From NCBI GenBank assembly GCA_013265495.1, contig MU058337.1:1170777-1234776 (forward strand): a DNA stretch of 64,000 nucleotides, in the 5' to 3' direction. Under the pieces are notes generated by a model, which worked only from the letters and a program-made list of their open reading frames with translations, had not been told where the DNA came from and made no database searches. Position 1 is the first letter of the stretch. Each line of letters opens with the position of its first letter. The translations under genes were made by a program, and so were the position numbers. This DNA comes from Vicugna vicugna (Eukaryota). This document shows, piece by piece, positions 63,061-64,000 of the stretch.

Positions 63061-64000
63061 GGAATAAGACGGCAGAGGGTAAAGTGGAGAGCGTAAATGG
63101 ATGGGTTTGCCTTATGATGTCAGGACGGCGGGAAGACAGTGGGCAGAATTGACGGGAGCTTTGCTGGTATTTTTCAGAAGATGATGGGCTCTCCAACTGA
63201 TGTCTAGGTTTTCCTTTGTAAAATAAGAAAAGAGGTTACCAACCGGGAGTGGGGGACCAGGAAAGTGCTTGAGATTTATGGAAACTGGGAAGAGTTTGAA
63301 ATCATTCTTGTGCAGAATGGAGTGATGCTGACCAAAGAACCCAGTAAGACTTCCATGCAGCACTGCAGGTAGGTGGCCATGGAGTTACAGTAGACCCACA
63401 TTCCTCTGATACATGCTTTCTCCAGGCAGAGGAGCAGCAGGCGGAGAAGAAAGAGGTCGTTGGGTCCTTCCAAGGTGGGGAAACATGAGCTGGGAAAACA
63501 TCAACAAGAATCACAACAGACAGGCCAGAGGGCTCGGGCGGCAACAAGAACCACTGACCAGACGGAGTGCTCGCTGCAAACTGGGAGGCCGAGGAGGTGG
63601 AGGGAGGAGGCTGACGGAGAGAAAGCAGAAAGACCAGTGGGTAGGAGGCTCAGCCAGGGGCAAGAAATGTCCTGCTGGGAATCACGTAACAAATGGACAG
63701 AAGATGGAGAAAATCTGTCCTCCCAAATCACCGCTCTAATAATGGCTCTGGAAGTGTTCACGGTTGTGCTTCCTTACACGCTTGCCAGTGTGCCCGTGGG
63801 AGTGACAGGCTGAGGTGGGCAGAGGTCTGCAGAGGTGAGAGAGTCAAGGATGGAGAGGTGCCCACAGGTACAGATGAGATCTGCACTGATGTCAGGCCCT
63901 GGGGGAAAGAAAAAGACTAAATTCATGTGCAAAAGCCATGATTTTTTGAGTTTAGAAGATAATCTCAGCAGGAGAAAGAGATGGTGATTAGTGTGAAATG

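Noticed and set aside
62990..63078. Exon-like segment encoding ECKYVKEPLKMILEEKKLKEFQRDGIRRQR with AG/GT ends
   Set aside because: Appears to continue the HAL1/L1 ORF1 remnant after the MIR insertion; its purine-rich composition mimics coding sequence.

Overview
Mammalian nuclear DNA, most likely a camelid (alpaca/llama/camel), judged from a VIC-1-like tRNA-derived SINE with intact target-site duplications and camelid/cetartiodactyl-type L1 3' ends. I cannot recognise any protein-coding exon, structural RNA gene or CRISPR array. The ORF track consists of chance ORFs or frames within repeats, so the window looks intronic or intergenic. Much of it is transposon-derived: L1, L2, L3/CR1, MIR, MaLR/ERVL LTRs, a MER41-like ERV1 solo LTR and hAT MITEs. 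The non-repeat parts carry a CpG-rich, possibly bidirectional promoter-like element (~12.3-13.7 kb), several motif-dense candidate enhancers (the best an ETS/SOX/FOX/RBPJ/GATA cluster at ~57.0-57.5 kb), a near-consensus CTCF site (58.85 kb) and a few recent-looking micro-rearrangements. I see no convincing new biological system. Repeat family names come from recalled consensus sequences, not a RepeatMasker run, and boundaries of old repeats are approximate.
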